Notes under the pieces: generated by a model
Seen by the model: only the letters and a program-made list of their open reading frames with translations
Database searches by the model: none
What the model was told of the DNA's origin: nothing
Program-made: the position numbers and the translations under genes
Shown here: positions 46,225 to 56,666 of the stretch, piece by piece
Position numbering within the stretch: the stretch's first letter is position 1
Layout: each line of letters begins with the position of its first letter
NCBI GenBank assembly: GCA_945946655.1
Contig: CAMEWM010000001.1
Coordinates: forward strand, 4,365 to 68,364
DNA from: an uncultured Clostridium sp.
Lineage (GTDB): Bacteria > Bacillota > Clostridia > TANB77 > CAG-508
DNA length: 64,000 nt
Direction: 5' to 3'

Positions 46225-48567
46225 TTGAAAGTGGTGAATCTTTTGAAGGTAATAGATAAATTTTTAAAATACTTAAAAACAGATAGAAATACTTTTCTAA
46301 CATATGTACTAACTTTAGTGAGTTCTTATTTAGTAGTAGATAGAATTGCAGAAATGCTAATTATGGTATTCACCGGAATGGGCGTTTCTTATTGGGGGCC
46401 AATCACATATACTTTGGCACTTGCTTGCCCTGTATTTGCATTTTTATTTTCTTGTTCATCAAAATATGCAGATTCAGATCATACAAAGTTAGCACTTTTT
46501 GATGTATATTTGATTAGTATTTATATAATGATAGTATCTATGTTTACTCAATTTTTCAATCAAATGGGTTGGATACTATTCTTATCAGTTCCTAACTTTT
46601 CATATATAGTAACAAATTTCTTTAGTCTAATAAGACCTGCATTTTCGGCAGTAGCATTATACTTGCCACTAACAACATTTTATCCTGTTATAAAATGGTT
46701 GTTAATGACTATTCACGATACCAAAACTATATATGAATCAATATATGAATATAAAGGTATTAATTTAGCTGACAAATCAGCTTCTTGGGGAGCTTATACA
46801 TGTGAAATGTCATTTGGTACAGATAAGATTACTGGTAAGACAGTAAAAATAGCAGAAGAAAAAAGATTTTATCCAACTTTAATCTGTGGTGTATCTGGTG
46901 CTGGTAAAACTTCTTTATTATTCGAGCCAATGATTGCTAAAGATTTAGATAAAAAATTCTTCTTTAGAGAAATTTCTAAAGAAATGGGATTTACAGCATT
47001 AAAGACTGGAATTGCAACATTAAATTGTCCATATGATAATGAGTATATAAACACTAACTTTAATTTAAATATGATTTCTCCTAAAGAAAATAAGGTTAAT
47101 GTTTATAATACATATATGAAAAAAATGATTATATCTGGTTCAGGCGATAACTACATTTATAGGAATTTAGGACTTACATATATTTCTCCTGATATAGAAT
47201 CAATTAATCGTATAAAGAAAGTTCTAAAAGCTCGTAATATTAAAACAAATATATTAGATCCTAATGATACCTCATCAGTCGGATTAAATCCTTTTATATT
47301 TGATGATCCTATTCAGACAGCAATCGCAATTTCAACTGTATTAAAAGGATTATATGACTCTAGTCATCCAGATATAGAATTAGCTTATAGAGAAAATGCG
47401 GCAAATCAAGCAGTAGAGAATTTATCAATCTTATTAAAAGAAATGTATCCTAGATTGCATAATGGTGACCTACCTAATTTGGAGGATATGCTTAACTGCT
47501 TTACCAATTTTGAATTAATAGAGCAAATGTGTGAAGAAATGAAACAAGATGAAGAACTTGCCAATAAATACTCTGCATTGCTAAATTACTTTGAGAGAAA
47601 CTTCTATAAAAATGCACCAAATAAAACAGATACAGAAAAATTTATCACACATGCTACTTCTCAACTAGATAGTTTATTAAGATACTCTGGTGTAAAGAAC
47701 ATTTTATGTAATAGAGTAAATACTATAAATTTCGATAAAGCCTTAAAGAATGGTGAAGTTACATTAGTATGTACTAGACGTGGAGATTTAGGTCCAAGCA
47801 TTCATACAGCATTTGGCTTATTCTGTATACTCATGATGCAATATTCTGTGTTAAGACGTCCTGGAACAGAAAAAGATAGAGTTCCTCACTTCTTGTACAT
47901 TGATGAGTTCTCTGATTTTGTCGGTTCTTCTACAGATCCATTATTTACTTTATATAGAAAATATAAAGTTTCAACAGTTGTATCTGTGCAAAACCTATCT
48001 CAATTAGATGGAAAAGATAATAAACATAGACAAATAATTACATCAAATTGTTCTAACAAATTTGTATTTGGAAATAACTCTCCAGAGGACAATGAATGGT
48101 GGTCACAAGAAATTGGAGATAAAAAGGAATGGCAATTTAAAAATACTTATGATACATCAAAAGGTGAATATGATCCAAAATACTCAGATATTAAATATGG
48201 ACCAAAAACAAAATATGCACCTGGTAAGATTCAGTCACTTAAATTTAAGCAAAGTTTCTATAAGCTAAGAAACTTAGGTGGAAAGAGTGATACTGGTATA
48301 GTTAACTTAAGCTTCTTATCTGCATCATATTCAGAGAAAAAGCCAATAAAAGAATATGCTTTTGACAAGTATAATACAGGATATTCTGCAACTACAGAAG
48401 ATGATAAAGAAAATAAAGTTAAAAAAGAAAATTTAAAGAATTATCACTTTAATGATGATATTTCAGATGAGGTGGATCCTATAAAAACAGATACAACAGA
48501 TTCTAAATATTTATTTGATAATGAAGATGCAATCGTATTTAGCTTAAAGAAACCGGACAAAAAATAA
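46225..48567 (+). CDS. Membrane-anchored P-loop NTPase resembling TraG/TraD/VirD4 type IV coupling proteins
   Basis: N-terminal TM region, Walker A GVSGAGKTS, Walker B FLYIDEFSDF, later SVQNLSQL. TTG start in the track. Confidence 0.6.
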   Translation: MKVVNLLKVIDKFLKYLKTDRNTFLTYVLTLVSSYLVVDRIAEMLIMVFTGMGVSYWGPITYTLALACPVFAFLFSCSSKYADSDHTKLALFDVYLISIYIMIVSMFTQFFNQMGWILFLSVPNFSYIVTNFFSLIRPAFSAVALYLPLTTFYPVIKWLLMTIHDTKTIYESIYEYKGINLADKSASWGAYTCEMSFGTDKITGKTVKIAEEKRFYPTLICGVSGAGKTSLLFEPMIAKDLDKKFFFREISKEMGFTALKTGIATLNCPYDNEYINTNFNLNMISPKENKVNVYNTYMKKMIISGSGDNYIYRNLGLTYISPDIESINRIKKVLKARNIKTNILDPNDTSSVGLNPFIFDDPIQTAIAISTVLKGLYDSSHPDIELAYRENAANQAVENLSILLKEMYPRLHNGDLPNLEDMLNCFTNFELIEQMCEEMKQDEELANKYSALLNYFERNFYKNAPNKTDTEKFITHATSQLDSLLRYSGVKNILCNRVNTINFDKALKNGEVTLVCTRRGDLGPSIHTAFGLFCILMMQYSVLRRPGTEKDRVPHFLYIDEFSDFVGSSTDPLFTLYRKYKVSTVVSVQNLSQLDGKDNKHRQIITSNCSNKFVFGNNSPEDNEWWSQEIGDKKEWQFKNTYDTSKGEYDPKYSDIKYGPKTKYAPGKIQSLKFKQSFYKLRNLGGKSDTGIVNLSFLSASYSEKKPIKEYAFDKYNTGYSATTEDDKENKVKKENLKNYHFNDDISDEVDPIKTDTTDSKYLFDNEDAIVFSLKKPDKK

Positions 48568-48578
48568 CAAAAAAAAAT

Positions 48579-48609
48579 AAATGGTAGAATAGTCTACCAT
48601 TTATTTTTA
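48579..48609 (+). terminator. Bidirectional terminator between convergent genes
   Basis: Stem AAATGGTAGA/TCTACCATTT (48579-48588 with 48593-48602), A-run upstream and ATTTTTAT downstream. Confidence 0.6.
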
Positions 48610-49545
48610 TCCTAATAATTTTATTTCTACATTTTCCATTCTATATTTTTTTGTCTCTGGGTCTAATTTAAATTCTGCCAAACTTCTTTCTAGTGAAGTC
48701 TCATTCTGTCTTAAGTCAGTTGTATAGTATAAATTTATTTTATCAATCTCTAGCCCATTTACAACTATTTCTCTAAATGTTTCAGCCATGTGTTTCTCAT
48801 CTTCACATAGTAAGATAAGTTGTGGAATTGTTCTAAAACCGGAATCCATTGGGACAAAGTTTTTATAGAAATCATTATATAATTTCATTTTATCTGCTAA
48901 CTTCTTTTCCCAATCTTCTTCTCTACGTATAACTTCGAATATAAAATCAATTGACTTTCCATTTTTGCTAAGAGTAACCTTTCCTCCTGTTGCTCTAAAT
49001 TGCTTTCCTAATTGTTTTGCAGTCATAGGAACTCTTATTTGATACGAGTCAAATGCTTGTACTTTGTCTTTATACGATATAATAACTTGATTACTTGCAA
49101 GTCTCTTTTTTATCATTGGAACAGGTTTCGTATTGTCCGTAGGTTGCCAATTACATTCAATTCCTCTTGAATTTAATAGATATTTTCCCATTTTCTCTAA
49201 GCAATATATTCTGTATATTCCCTTTCCATCTTCAGAATTGAAATAATATCTAGTTAAAATTTTTGTTTTTACTAGTTGTTCCAATTTGTTATTTAATTTA
49301 TCCTGAGATTTAATTTCAAAGTTTTCTTTTTCTAATAATTTAAATAATTGTCTTGATGTTATAAATTCAAACTCATTGACTAACTCCATTATTCTAAAGT
49401 GTAAATCGTTTATATGACCTACATTTATTTTTTGTATTATTTGGTTCATAGAAACATAGCCATCCTTGCCATCAAACACTTTTATTTCTCCTGGTCTTAT
49501 AGCAAATGGAGATGTAGTTGTTTTTATCTCTGAATCTTCAATCAT
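48607..49545 (-). CDS. Replication-relaxation-family-like winged-helix protein
   Basis: LHFRIMELVNEFEFITSRQLFKLLEKE...LEQLVKTKILTRYYF...GIYRIYCLEKMGKYLL fits the Replic_Relax pattern as I recall it. Not verified by search. Confidence 0.45.
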   Translation of the reverse strand: MIEDSEIKTTTSPFAIRPGEIKVFDGKDGYVSMNQIIQKINVGHINDLHFRIMELVNEFEFITSRQLFKLLEKENFEIKSQDKLNNKLEQLVKTKILTRYYFNSEDGKGIYRIYCLEKMGKYLLNSRGIECNWQPTDNTKPVPMIKKRLASNQVIISYKDKVQAFDSYQIRVPMTAKQLGKQFRATGGKVTLSKNGKSIDFIFEVIRREEDWEKKLADKMKLYNDFYKNFVPMDSGFRTIPQLILLCEDEKHMAETFREIVVNGLEIDKINLYYTTDLRQNETSLERSLAEFKLDPETKKYRMENVEIKLLG

Positions 49546-49587
49546 TTTTTATTCCTCCTATTTATAATTATACCGAATATAGTTTTA

Positions 49588-50092
49588 TTATTTAATGATC
49601 AATTTTATTTTCTTTTTATCTCTCACTATTTTTTTCACATATACATCAACTTTTTGGCCATATTTTAGTCCTTCTTTGTATTCAGCCATACCTATCAAAT
49701 TTGGCTTTATTTCTATAAATATGCCTCGTTTATCCTTTTCTGTTTCTCTCACGATTCCTTGTACTATTGTTTTTTCTTGAATATCCTTAATATTATCTTC
49801 CCAAGTTCCTAATATTTCTTTATATGAAAAATAAACTCGATTTTTTTGTTTATCTATATTTTTTATTACAACATCAATTCTTTGTCCTACTTTTAGGCGC
49901 TCTGCTGGTGTCTTTATTCTTGCCACAGAAATATCTTCTATATATAATAATCCGGTCAATTCCATCATCTGTTCGTATAAAAGCTCCATATGGTTGTATA
50001 TTTCTTACTGTTCCTTTTACAATTGAGCCCTTATTCATATTTTTAACAGGGATCAATTTAGAAACTTTTTCAAATTTAATATTCGATTCCAT
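49588..50092 (-). pseudogene. Two-S1-domain RNA-binding protein interrupted by a 1-nt insertion
   Basis: Frame 1: GSIVKGTVRNIQPYGAFIRTDDGID, broken at GACCGG (49952-49957). The next frame continues GLLYIEDISVARIKTPAERLKVGQRIDVVIKNID plus a second S1 domain. Span 505 = 3n+1. Confidence 0.7.
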
Positions 50093-50142
50093 ATCCACAT
50101 CCGCCTCTTCTTTTGTTCATATATATTTTTCCACAATTTTTT

Positions 50143-50865
50143 CTATTTGTCAAGTTTAAGCAGTTCTTTCACTTCACTATCAGTTAAATATCTCCATTGT
50201 CCTATCTTTAATTTTTTTACATCTAAGTTTTCAATTTTCCTTCTATGTAGCGCTAATACTTTTTTTCCTATCGCTTCACACATTTTCCTAACTTCTCGAT
50301 TTTTACCTTCATGTATTGTTATTTGTACTCTTGAAAATTTCTTCTCTTCATCAGTTTTTAATATCTTTACTTTTGCCTTTCCTGATATATAATCATCTAT
50401 TTCAACTCCATTTTCTAGTCTTTGTACGTCTTCTTGATTAACAATTCCTTTTACTGTTACAGTATATGTTTTTTCTACTTCATTTTTAGGATGAGTTATT
50501 TTGTTTATAAAATCTCCATCATTGGTTAAAAGTAGTGCTCCTGATGTATACATATCAAGTCTTCCCACTGGTAATACCTTTTCTTTTACATTCACTAAAT
50601 CTAAAACTGTAGGTCTATCAAATTGGTCCTTCACAGTAGTAACATATCCTATTGGCTTATTTAACAATATGTACACATGTTTTTCTACTTTCTCCACTGC
50701 ATTTCCATCAAACTCTATGATATCTTTTTCTGGATTAATCTTAGTTCCAAGTTCCGTTACAATTTTTCCGTTAACTTTGACTCTTCCATCTAAAATATAT
50801 TCTTCACATTTCCTTCTTGCTGCTATTCCATTATTAGCCAAATATTTTTGTAGTCTTTCCTCCAT
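50143..50865 (-). CDS. rluB: RsuA/RluB-family 16S/23S rRNA pseudouridine synthase with S4 domain
   Basis: ATG at 50865 behind GAGGGGAG. S4 domain ERLQKYLANNGIAARRKCEEYILDGRVKVNG. Catalytic GRLDMYTSGALLLTNDG. Confidence 0.85.
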   Translation of the reverse strand: MEERLQKYLANNGIAARRKCEEYILDGRVKVNGKIVTELGTKINPEKDIIEFDGNAVEKVEKHVYILLNKPIGYVTTVKDQFDRPTVLDLVNVKEKVLPVGRLDMYTSGALLLTNDGDFINKITHPKNEVEKTYTVTVKGIVNQEDVQRLENGVEIDDYISGKAKVKILKTDEEKKFSRVQITIHEGKNREVRKMCEAIGKKVLALHRRKIENLDVKKLKIGQWRYLTDSEVKELLKLDK

Positions 50866-50890
50866 AAAACTCCCCTCAAGCTCAATAATA

Positions 50891-51814
50891 TTAATTATTA
50901 TGAATTTCACGATTCTCTAATTTTTTTAATATACTTTCAAAGTATTCTGGAATCGGTGCCTCTAACTTTAGCTCTTCACCAGTTATCGGATGTTTAAACT
51001 CTAAATATCTTGCATGAAGCATTTGTCCTTCTATGTCAAATTCATTTTTTCCATTCGAGTACACAGAATCTCCAACTACAGGATGTCCTATATAGGACAT
51101 ATGTACTCTTATTTGATGTGTTCTTCCAGTATCTATTTTTAATTCTAGTAAAGTATATTTGTCATATCTTTTTAATACCTTAAAATGAGTTATTGCATTC
51201 TTGCCATTTGGATCTACTCCCATCTTTTTTCTATCTTTTGTGCTTCGTGCAATAGGTAGATCTATAGTTGCTTCGTTTTCTGCTATTACACCTTTTACTA
51301 GAGCAATATACTTCTTTGTAACCTTTCTATCTTGTATTTGTTTACTCATTTTCATATGTGCGGTATCATTTTTAGCTACAATTAATAATCCTGATGTATC
51401 TTTATCAAGTCTATGTACTATTCCTGGTCGTATTTCTCCTCCTATACCAGATAAACTATTCTTACACATAGCTAATATTGCATTAACAAGTGTTCCATCA
51501 GGGTTTCCATTAGCAGGATGTACAACCATGCCTTTTGGCTTATTCACAACTATAATGTCATTGTCTTCATAGATAACTGGAACAGGAATATTCTGTGCTT
51601 CTAGTTTAATTTCACGGGCTTCCGGCATATCTATGCTTATTACATCACCCATCTCTGGCTTATACGATGATTTTTGTTTTTTCCCATTTACTAAAATTTT
51701 CTCTTCATCAATCAATCTTTTTACTGTTGTTCTAGATAAATCTTCTAATTCTTCTACTATATATGAGTCTAATCTTTTCTTTTGATTATTATCCTTTACA
51801 ACTAACTCTTTCAA
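50891..51814 (-). CDS. rluD: RluA-family 23S rRNA pseudouridine synthase (RluD-like)
   Basis: S4 domain plus catalytic HRLDKDTSGLLIVAKN and GRTHQIRVH. Confidence 0.88.
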   Translation of the reverse strand: MKELVVKDNNQKKRLDSYIVEELEDLSRTTVKRLIDEEKILVNGKKQKSSYKPEMGDVISIDMPEAREIKLEAQNIPVPVIYEDNDIIVVNKPKGMVVHPANGNPDGTLVNAILAMCKNSLSGIGGEIRPGIVHRLDKDTSGLLIVAKNDTAHMKMSKQIQDRKVTKKYIALVKGVIAENEATIDLPIARSTKDRKKMGVDPNGKNAITHFKVLKRYDKYTLLELKIDTGRTHQIRVHMSYIGHPVVGDSVYSNGKNEFDIEGQMLHARYLEFKHPITGEELKLEAPIPEYFESILKKLENREIHNN

Positions 51815-51831
51815 TTTTTTCTCCTTTATCC

Positions 51832-52320
51832 TTATTTTTTATCTCTCCCAATTTCAGCTTTTTGTTGATTAATATTTTTAATCTCTTCATTTGTTTTTAT
51901 AGTGTTTTTCACCATTAAGGTTATAAACGCAATCCATCCAATTATTAACATGATGTATGCTATATTTATTGCTGGTAATTTTCCAATCTTTATAAATCCT
52001 ATTACATCCTTATTCCAGATTTTATCAATAAGATTACTTATTCCTCCACCAAGGATAAAAGCTAAAGAAATTCTAACTTTATTATCCATATTTTTATCTT
52101 GTTCTTTTAAAAATTTAATAATTATTATAAATACTACGATATCTGTTAATATAGATATCATTTCACTATCTTTTTCTGCATTTTCTTCATATTTCAAAGA
52201 AATTGTTCCAATTGTATAGCTGTCATTATTTATTATAATAATTTTTGCTATCTGATCTATAGTTATTATTGCAAGTATAATTAATATAATACTTATTTTA
52301 ATTTTTTTATCATTTTGCAT
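51832..52320 (-). CDS. lspA: Lipoprotein signal peptidase II
   Basis: 162 aa, 4 TM. IDQIAK near the N-terminus, GGGISNLIDKI...VIGFI pattern. Upstream of rluD, as in many Firmicutes. Confidence 0.75.
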   Translation of the reverse strand: MQNDKKIKISIILIILAIITIDQIAKIIIINNDSYTIGTISLKYEENAEKDSEMISILTDIVVFIIIIKFLKEQDKNMDNKVRISLAFILGGGISNLIDKIWNKDVIGFIKIGKLPAINIAYIMLIIGWIAFITLMVKNTIKTNEEIKNINQQKAEIGRDKK

Positions 52321-52322
52321 AT

Positions 52323-54062
52323 TTATTCTCTTTCATATATAACAAATTTTTTATCCGAATATAATTCCAAGTATCTATCATCTCTAGATAAAAGCATATT
52401 TAATTTAGAATTTTTATATAATATAACATGAGTAATATCATACTTCTCAAAAGTATCTTCATAATATTTAGATATATTTGATGTATTTATATAATCAGAA
52501 AATATATCTTGTCCTTCATATTTTCCGTCTTCTCCTTTTTCCCCATTAAATTCTGGTGCATACAAATCCGCTCTTGAATCTATAAACACTGGAATGTCTT
52601 GAAATAGTAGATAGCTTCCGTAATTATATTCATTAAATAATCTAATGGAGTTCAAGTCTAGATTTTGTTTTATATATTCAGCTGCTTCTACTGGATATGA
52701 AGAAGGATTAATAAACTCATCATCTAATTTTGGCTTAATTTCTACTACTGCTATTAAAATAATCAACAATAGTGTTGCAATAGTTCCCAATGAAGATATC
52801 ATTATTTCTTCAAGTTCTTTCAGGCCATTAGAATCATATTTCGTAAATAAATCTGTTATTAATTTTGCAACAACAGCGCTTCCTAGCAGTAATAGCATTG
52901 ACTCCTGTCTTCTGGTCATAAACATTAATAATGTTAGTCCTGCAAACATAAACAAATCTTTTAATCTTATTTTTGTATCAGTAAATATTAACAATGCTAA
53001 TGACGCAGCTAATAAAACTAACATTTCTTTATTATCTATTAATGTTAGTGGTAAATGTTCACTAATGCTCTTTGTTGTATTTCCTTTCATTGTTTTATAT
53101 AGATATATATATGGTGTATCTCCTAATGGTGTTAAAAGGCCTGTGAAAGCACATATAATCATTATAACTATAAGCCATTTTATAGACTTGTTTTTTTCAT
53201 ATCTAATTTTATATGGATTTTTCCTTTTCTCTTCTCTATTATTTAATAAGATTTGATGTTTTTCTTGATAATTTTCTTTAAGTATTATTACCTTATTTAC
53301 CTTAGCATTATATGTTTTCTTGCTTTCTTCATCATTTGTTTTTTCTATCTGTTTTTTATGTATTTTAATTCTTATATCATAGATTTTTAATCTTATTTTG
53401 TATATAAGATCCGAATCTATTATTGTAAATATTAGATATTCTGCTATATAGGGCAAGAATATAACAAAGAAAAATGGCCATACTGCGCAATGCAAATTTG
53501 CTATTGCAATAGATATTAGAATTATCCCTATTGCATATCTAATTTTTCTCTTTTCCAAAAATTTTTCTATTAATAATATTGTTAATTCAAGCAAAATGAA
53601 TGTAACTAACTGTGCCCTTGCAGCAATGTAATCTTTAATTAAAAACATTGCGCCAACAGTTATTATTAAAGACACTACTTTATTTTTAGATATTTTATAA
53701 TTTGTACAGTACATTACTATTCCAAGAATGCATGCAAATATTATCGTTGAAACAAATATACCTTGCATTCCACCCATACTATAAATTAAATATATCATAA
53801 CATCATAAGCCCAATGAGGATATGTATATGGCAATTCATGCCATGAAAAAGGATCTTGCATATCAACTGTTTTTGTACTAAGTATGTGTTCACCAATCTT
53901 TATTGTATAATACGTATCATTTTGCAAGGTTACAGGACAGATTGAAATGCAAAATATAATAATAGCAACAATTGCTAATATATGAAACTTTATATTTTTT
54001 ACCTTTTGTGAGTCTTCCTTTTTCTCTTTGTTCTCTGTATCTTTATTGACTAGCTTTCTCAC
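52323..54062 (-). CDS. Polytopic membrane protein with C-terminal extracytoplasmic domain (possible GT-C-fold glycosyltransferase)
   Basis: More than 10 TM segments plus a soluble about 130-aa C-terminus. The functional guess rests only on architecture. Confidence 0.5.
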   Translation of the reverse strand: MRKLVNKDTENKEKKEDSQKVKNIKFHILAIVAIIIFCISICPVTLQNDTYYTIKIGEHILSTKTVDMQDPFSWHELPYTYPHWAYDVMIYLIYSMGGMQGIFVSTIIFACILGIVMYCTNYKISKNKVVSLIITVGAMFLIKDYIAARAQLVTFILLELTILLIEKFLEKRKIRYAIGIILISIAIANLHCAVWPFFFVIFLPYIAEYLIFTIIDSDLIYKIRLKIYDIRIKIHKKQIEKTNDEESKKTYNAKVNKVIILKENYQEKHQILLNNREEKRKNPYKIRYEKNKSIKWLIVIMIICAFTGLLTPLGDTPYIYLYKTMKGNTTKSISEHLPLTLIDNKEMLVLLAASLALLIFTDTKIRLKDLFMFAGLTLLMFMTRRQESMLLLLGSAVVAKLITDLFTKYDSNGLKELEEIMISSLGTIATLLLIILIAVVEIKPKLDDEFINPSSYPVEAAEYIKQNLDLNSIRLFNEYNYGSYLLFQDIPVFIDSRADLYAPEFNGEKGEDGKYEGQDIFSDYINTSNISKYYEDTFEKYDITHVILYKNSKLNMLLSRDDRYLELYSDKKFVIYERE

Positions 54063-54141
54063 TTGTTTATTTCTCCTTATTTATATAATTTATATGGATA
54101 ATTATACCAGTTTATATTATAAAGAGCAATAATATTATTCT

Positions 54142-54169
54142 AAAAAAGAAAGTTGATTTCTCAACTTTC
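54142..54169 (-). terminator. Rho-independent terminator of tsf
   Basis: Stem GAAAGTTGA/TCAACTTTC (54148-54156 with 54161-54169), then TTTTTT on the minus strand. Confidence 0.7.
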
Positions 54170-54178
54170 CTTATTGAT

Positions 54179-55060
54179 TTATTTTAATTGTTTTGCTACT
54201 TCTTCAGCGAAGTTTTCTTCTCTTTTTTCAATTCCCTCACCTTTTTCAAGTCTTGCAAATCTTACTACTGTTGCTCCTTTTTCTTTTAATAGTTGACTAA
54301 CTTTTATATCCATGTTTTTTACAAATTCTTGATCAACTAGGCATATATCTGAATAGAATTTTCCAATTCTTCCTTGTACCATCTTCTCTGCTATTGCTTC
54401 AGGTTTTCCTTCATTCATAGCTTGAGCTTTTAATATTTCCATTTCTTTTTCTACTCTCTCTTGAGGTACATCTTCTCTTGTTAAGAATTCTGGTTTTGAA
54501 GCAGCTATTTGCATACAAATATCCTTTGCAAGTTCATTGTCTGCATTTTTCATTTCTACTAATACACCAATTTTTCCTTCTCCATGTATATATTTCGCAA
54601 CTATTCCATCTGTTGTTTCAAATCTAGCAAATCTTCTTATTGTCATATTTTCACCAATTGTTGCTATTTTATTTATTAATGCTTCTTGTACAGTTTTATC
54701 TGGTTCAGCTATAAATTGTTGAGCTAATAGTTCTTCAACATCTTTTGGATTATTTACAGCAACTTGTTTTACTACGTCTTTTACAAATTGTTGAAATTCT
54801 GCATTTTGTGCAACGAAATCTGTTTCTGCATTTACTTCAGCAACTGCTCCAATTTTTCCATCTTCTGATATATAAGCATCAACTAATCCTTCTGCAGCTA
54901 TTCTTGATGATTTTTTAGCAGCTTTTGTTATTCCTCTTTCACGTAATAACTCCATTGCTTTTTCCATATCTCCATCTGTCTCTGTTAAAACTTTTTTGCA
55001 GTCCATCATTCCTGCACCTGTTTTCTCTCTTAATTCCTTTACTTGACTTGCTGTTATCAT
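54179..55060 (-). CDS. tsf: Translation elongation factor Ts
   Basis: MITASQVKELREKTGAGMMDCKKVL...ETDFVAQN is a canonical EF-Ts sequence. Downstream of rpsB. Confidence 0.95.
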   Translation of the reverse strand: MITASQVKELREKTGAGMMDCKKVLTETDGDMEKAMELLRERGITKAAKKSSRIAAEGLVDAYISEDGKIGAVAEVNAETDFVAQNAEFQQFVKDVVKQVAVNNPKDVEELLAQQFIAEPDKTVQEALINKIATIGENMTIRRFARFETTDGIVAKYIHGEGKIGVLVEMKNADNELAKDICMQIAASKPEFLTREDVPQERVEKEMEILKAQAMNEGKPEAIAEKMVQGRIGKFYSDICLVDQEFVKNMDIKVSQLLKEKGATVVRFARLEKGEGIEKREENFAEEVAKQLK

Positions 55061-55131
55061 TTTATATCCTCCCTTATTTAAACATTAAAGGATAGGGCAG
55101 CCGCCCTACCCCTTTGGTAATCTTTATATAA

Positions 55132-55920
55132 TTATTCAGCTTCATTTGAGTTTTCTACAACTTCTTCAATACTTGTTGGAGCTGTAGCTTCCTCTGTCTC
55201 CATTACATCTTCTAAATCTTCACTTGTTTCTAGAGTTTCGCCTTGTCTTCCTTCAATTACTGCGTTAGCCATTGTATCAGCTATTAATTTTACTGCTCTT
55301 ATAGCATCATCATTTCCTGGAATAACATAATCAACATCTTCTGGATTGCAGTTTGTGTCAATTAATCCTATTGTAGGAATGTTTAATTTCTTAGCTTCTA
55401 ATATAGCATTTCTTTCTTTTTTAGGATCTACTATAAATAAAACTCCTGGCATTTCTTTCATATTCTTAATTCCACCCAAGTTCTTGTCTAGTTTTTCCAT
55501 TTCTTTCTTTAATAGAATAACTTCTTTCTTAGGTAATACTTCGAAAGTGCCATCTTCTTGCATTTTCTCTAATTCATTTAATCTTTCAATTCTTTTCTCT
55601 ATTGTAGAGAAGTTTGTAAGCATTCCACCTAACCATCTTTGATTAACGTAGTACATACCACACTTTTCCGCTGCTTCTTTCATACAATCTTGAGCTTGTT
55701 TCTTTGTTCCAACAAATAAAACTGTTTTTCCTTCCTCAGCTTGCTCTTTTAAGAAAGCATATGCCTCATCAATTTTCTTAGATGTCTTTTGTAAATCGAT
55801 GATGTGAATTCCGTTTCTAGCTTGGAATATATATTCAGCCATTCTAGGATCCCATCTTCTTGTTTGATGTCCAAAATGAACACCAGCTTCTAGTAATTGT
55901 TTCATTGCAACTACTGCCAT
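55132..55920 (-). CDS. rpsB: 30S ribosomal protein S2
   Basis: [27 protein letters not shown]...HIIDLQKT is a canonical S2 sequence. Confidence 0.95.
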   Translation of the reverse strand: MAVVAMKQLLEAGVHFGHQTRRWDPRMAEYIFQARNGIHIIDLQKTSKKIDEAYAFLKEQAEEGKTVLFVGTKKQAQDCMKEAAEKCGMYYVNQRWLGGMLTNFSTIEKRIERLNELEKMQEDGTFEVLPKKEVILLKKEMEKLDKNLGGIKNMKEMPGVLFIVDPKKERNAILEAKKLNIPTIGLIDTNCNPEDVDYVIPGNDDAIRAVKLIADTMANAVIEGRQGETLETSEDLEDVMETEEATAPTSIEEVVENSNEAE

Positions 55921-56055
55921 AATTTTTTCCTCCTTTTAGTTTTTACCCTCCACAAACCTTTAACATTTAAAAGAACTATTGTATTAAAGATTTTACAAAA
56001 GCACTACTTTTAAACTGTAGTTTGTGTGCGTATTTTTAACGTTTATTATTATATC

Positions 56056-56086
56056 AAAAAAATGCCTGCAATGCAAGCATTTTTTT
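56056..56086. terminator. Bidirectional terminator-like hairpin upstream of the rpsB promoter region
   Basis: AAAAAAATGCCTGCAATGCAAGCATTTTTTT: an A-run and a T-run flank an imperfect GC-containing stem. Confidence 0.5.
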
Positions 56087-56666
56087 GATTTTATTTAACT
56101 TTCAGAATAAATTATCTCATTTGACATTCAAAGCTTTCACATTCTATCACATATAAAATACTATCATTCAAAAAATCAACGTTGTCCAACATAAAAGTTA
56201 ATCATTCCATCATAAGTAATATTATCCTTAACTAGTATCACTTGTAGTTTTTTACCATTTAGTTCATAATAGTCGCTAGTTTTACCAAGTGAATGAAATA
56301 AATATCCATACATATTATATTCATCTATATAGGTATACGTACTATCTCCTGATTGCTTAATAATGGCCGTTATATTTATATGATATCTCTTTTACGATCG
56401 TTCCGTCGTTTTTCTTTATCGTTATTATTTTCTCTATCTATCTCATCTTCATATATTTTTCTTTTATCTTTTAATCCTTGTAACATGTTTTCTTCACTTA
56501 CTGTAGGTTGTTTTGAGTTCTTTGCAATTGTTTTTGGCTTTATCTAACCACATAATATATTCAAAATGTTATATAAAATTTTATTTTTTTACTTTTTTCC
56601 TTTTATTTTTTATATTCTTGTGTTACAATATTTAATAGAATATGATTTTGGCATAGGAGGTTACTA

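Noticed and set aside
55061-55131. The GC-rich hairpin (TAGGGC-AGCC-GCCCTA) between rpsB and tsf as an independent regulatory RNA.
   Set aside because: It is a short stem without a U-tract in a standard rpsB-tsf spacer. It is most simply an intercistronic stabilising or attenuating hairpin, and nothing distinguishes it further.
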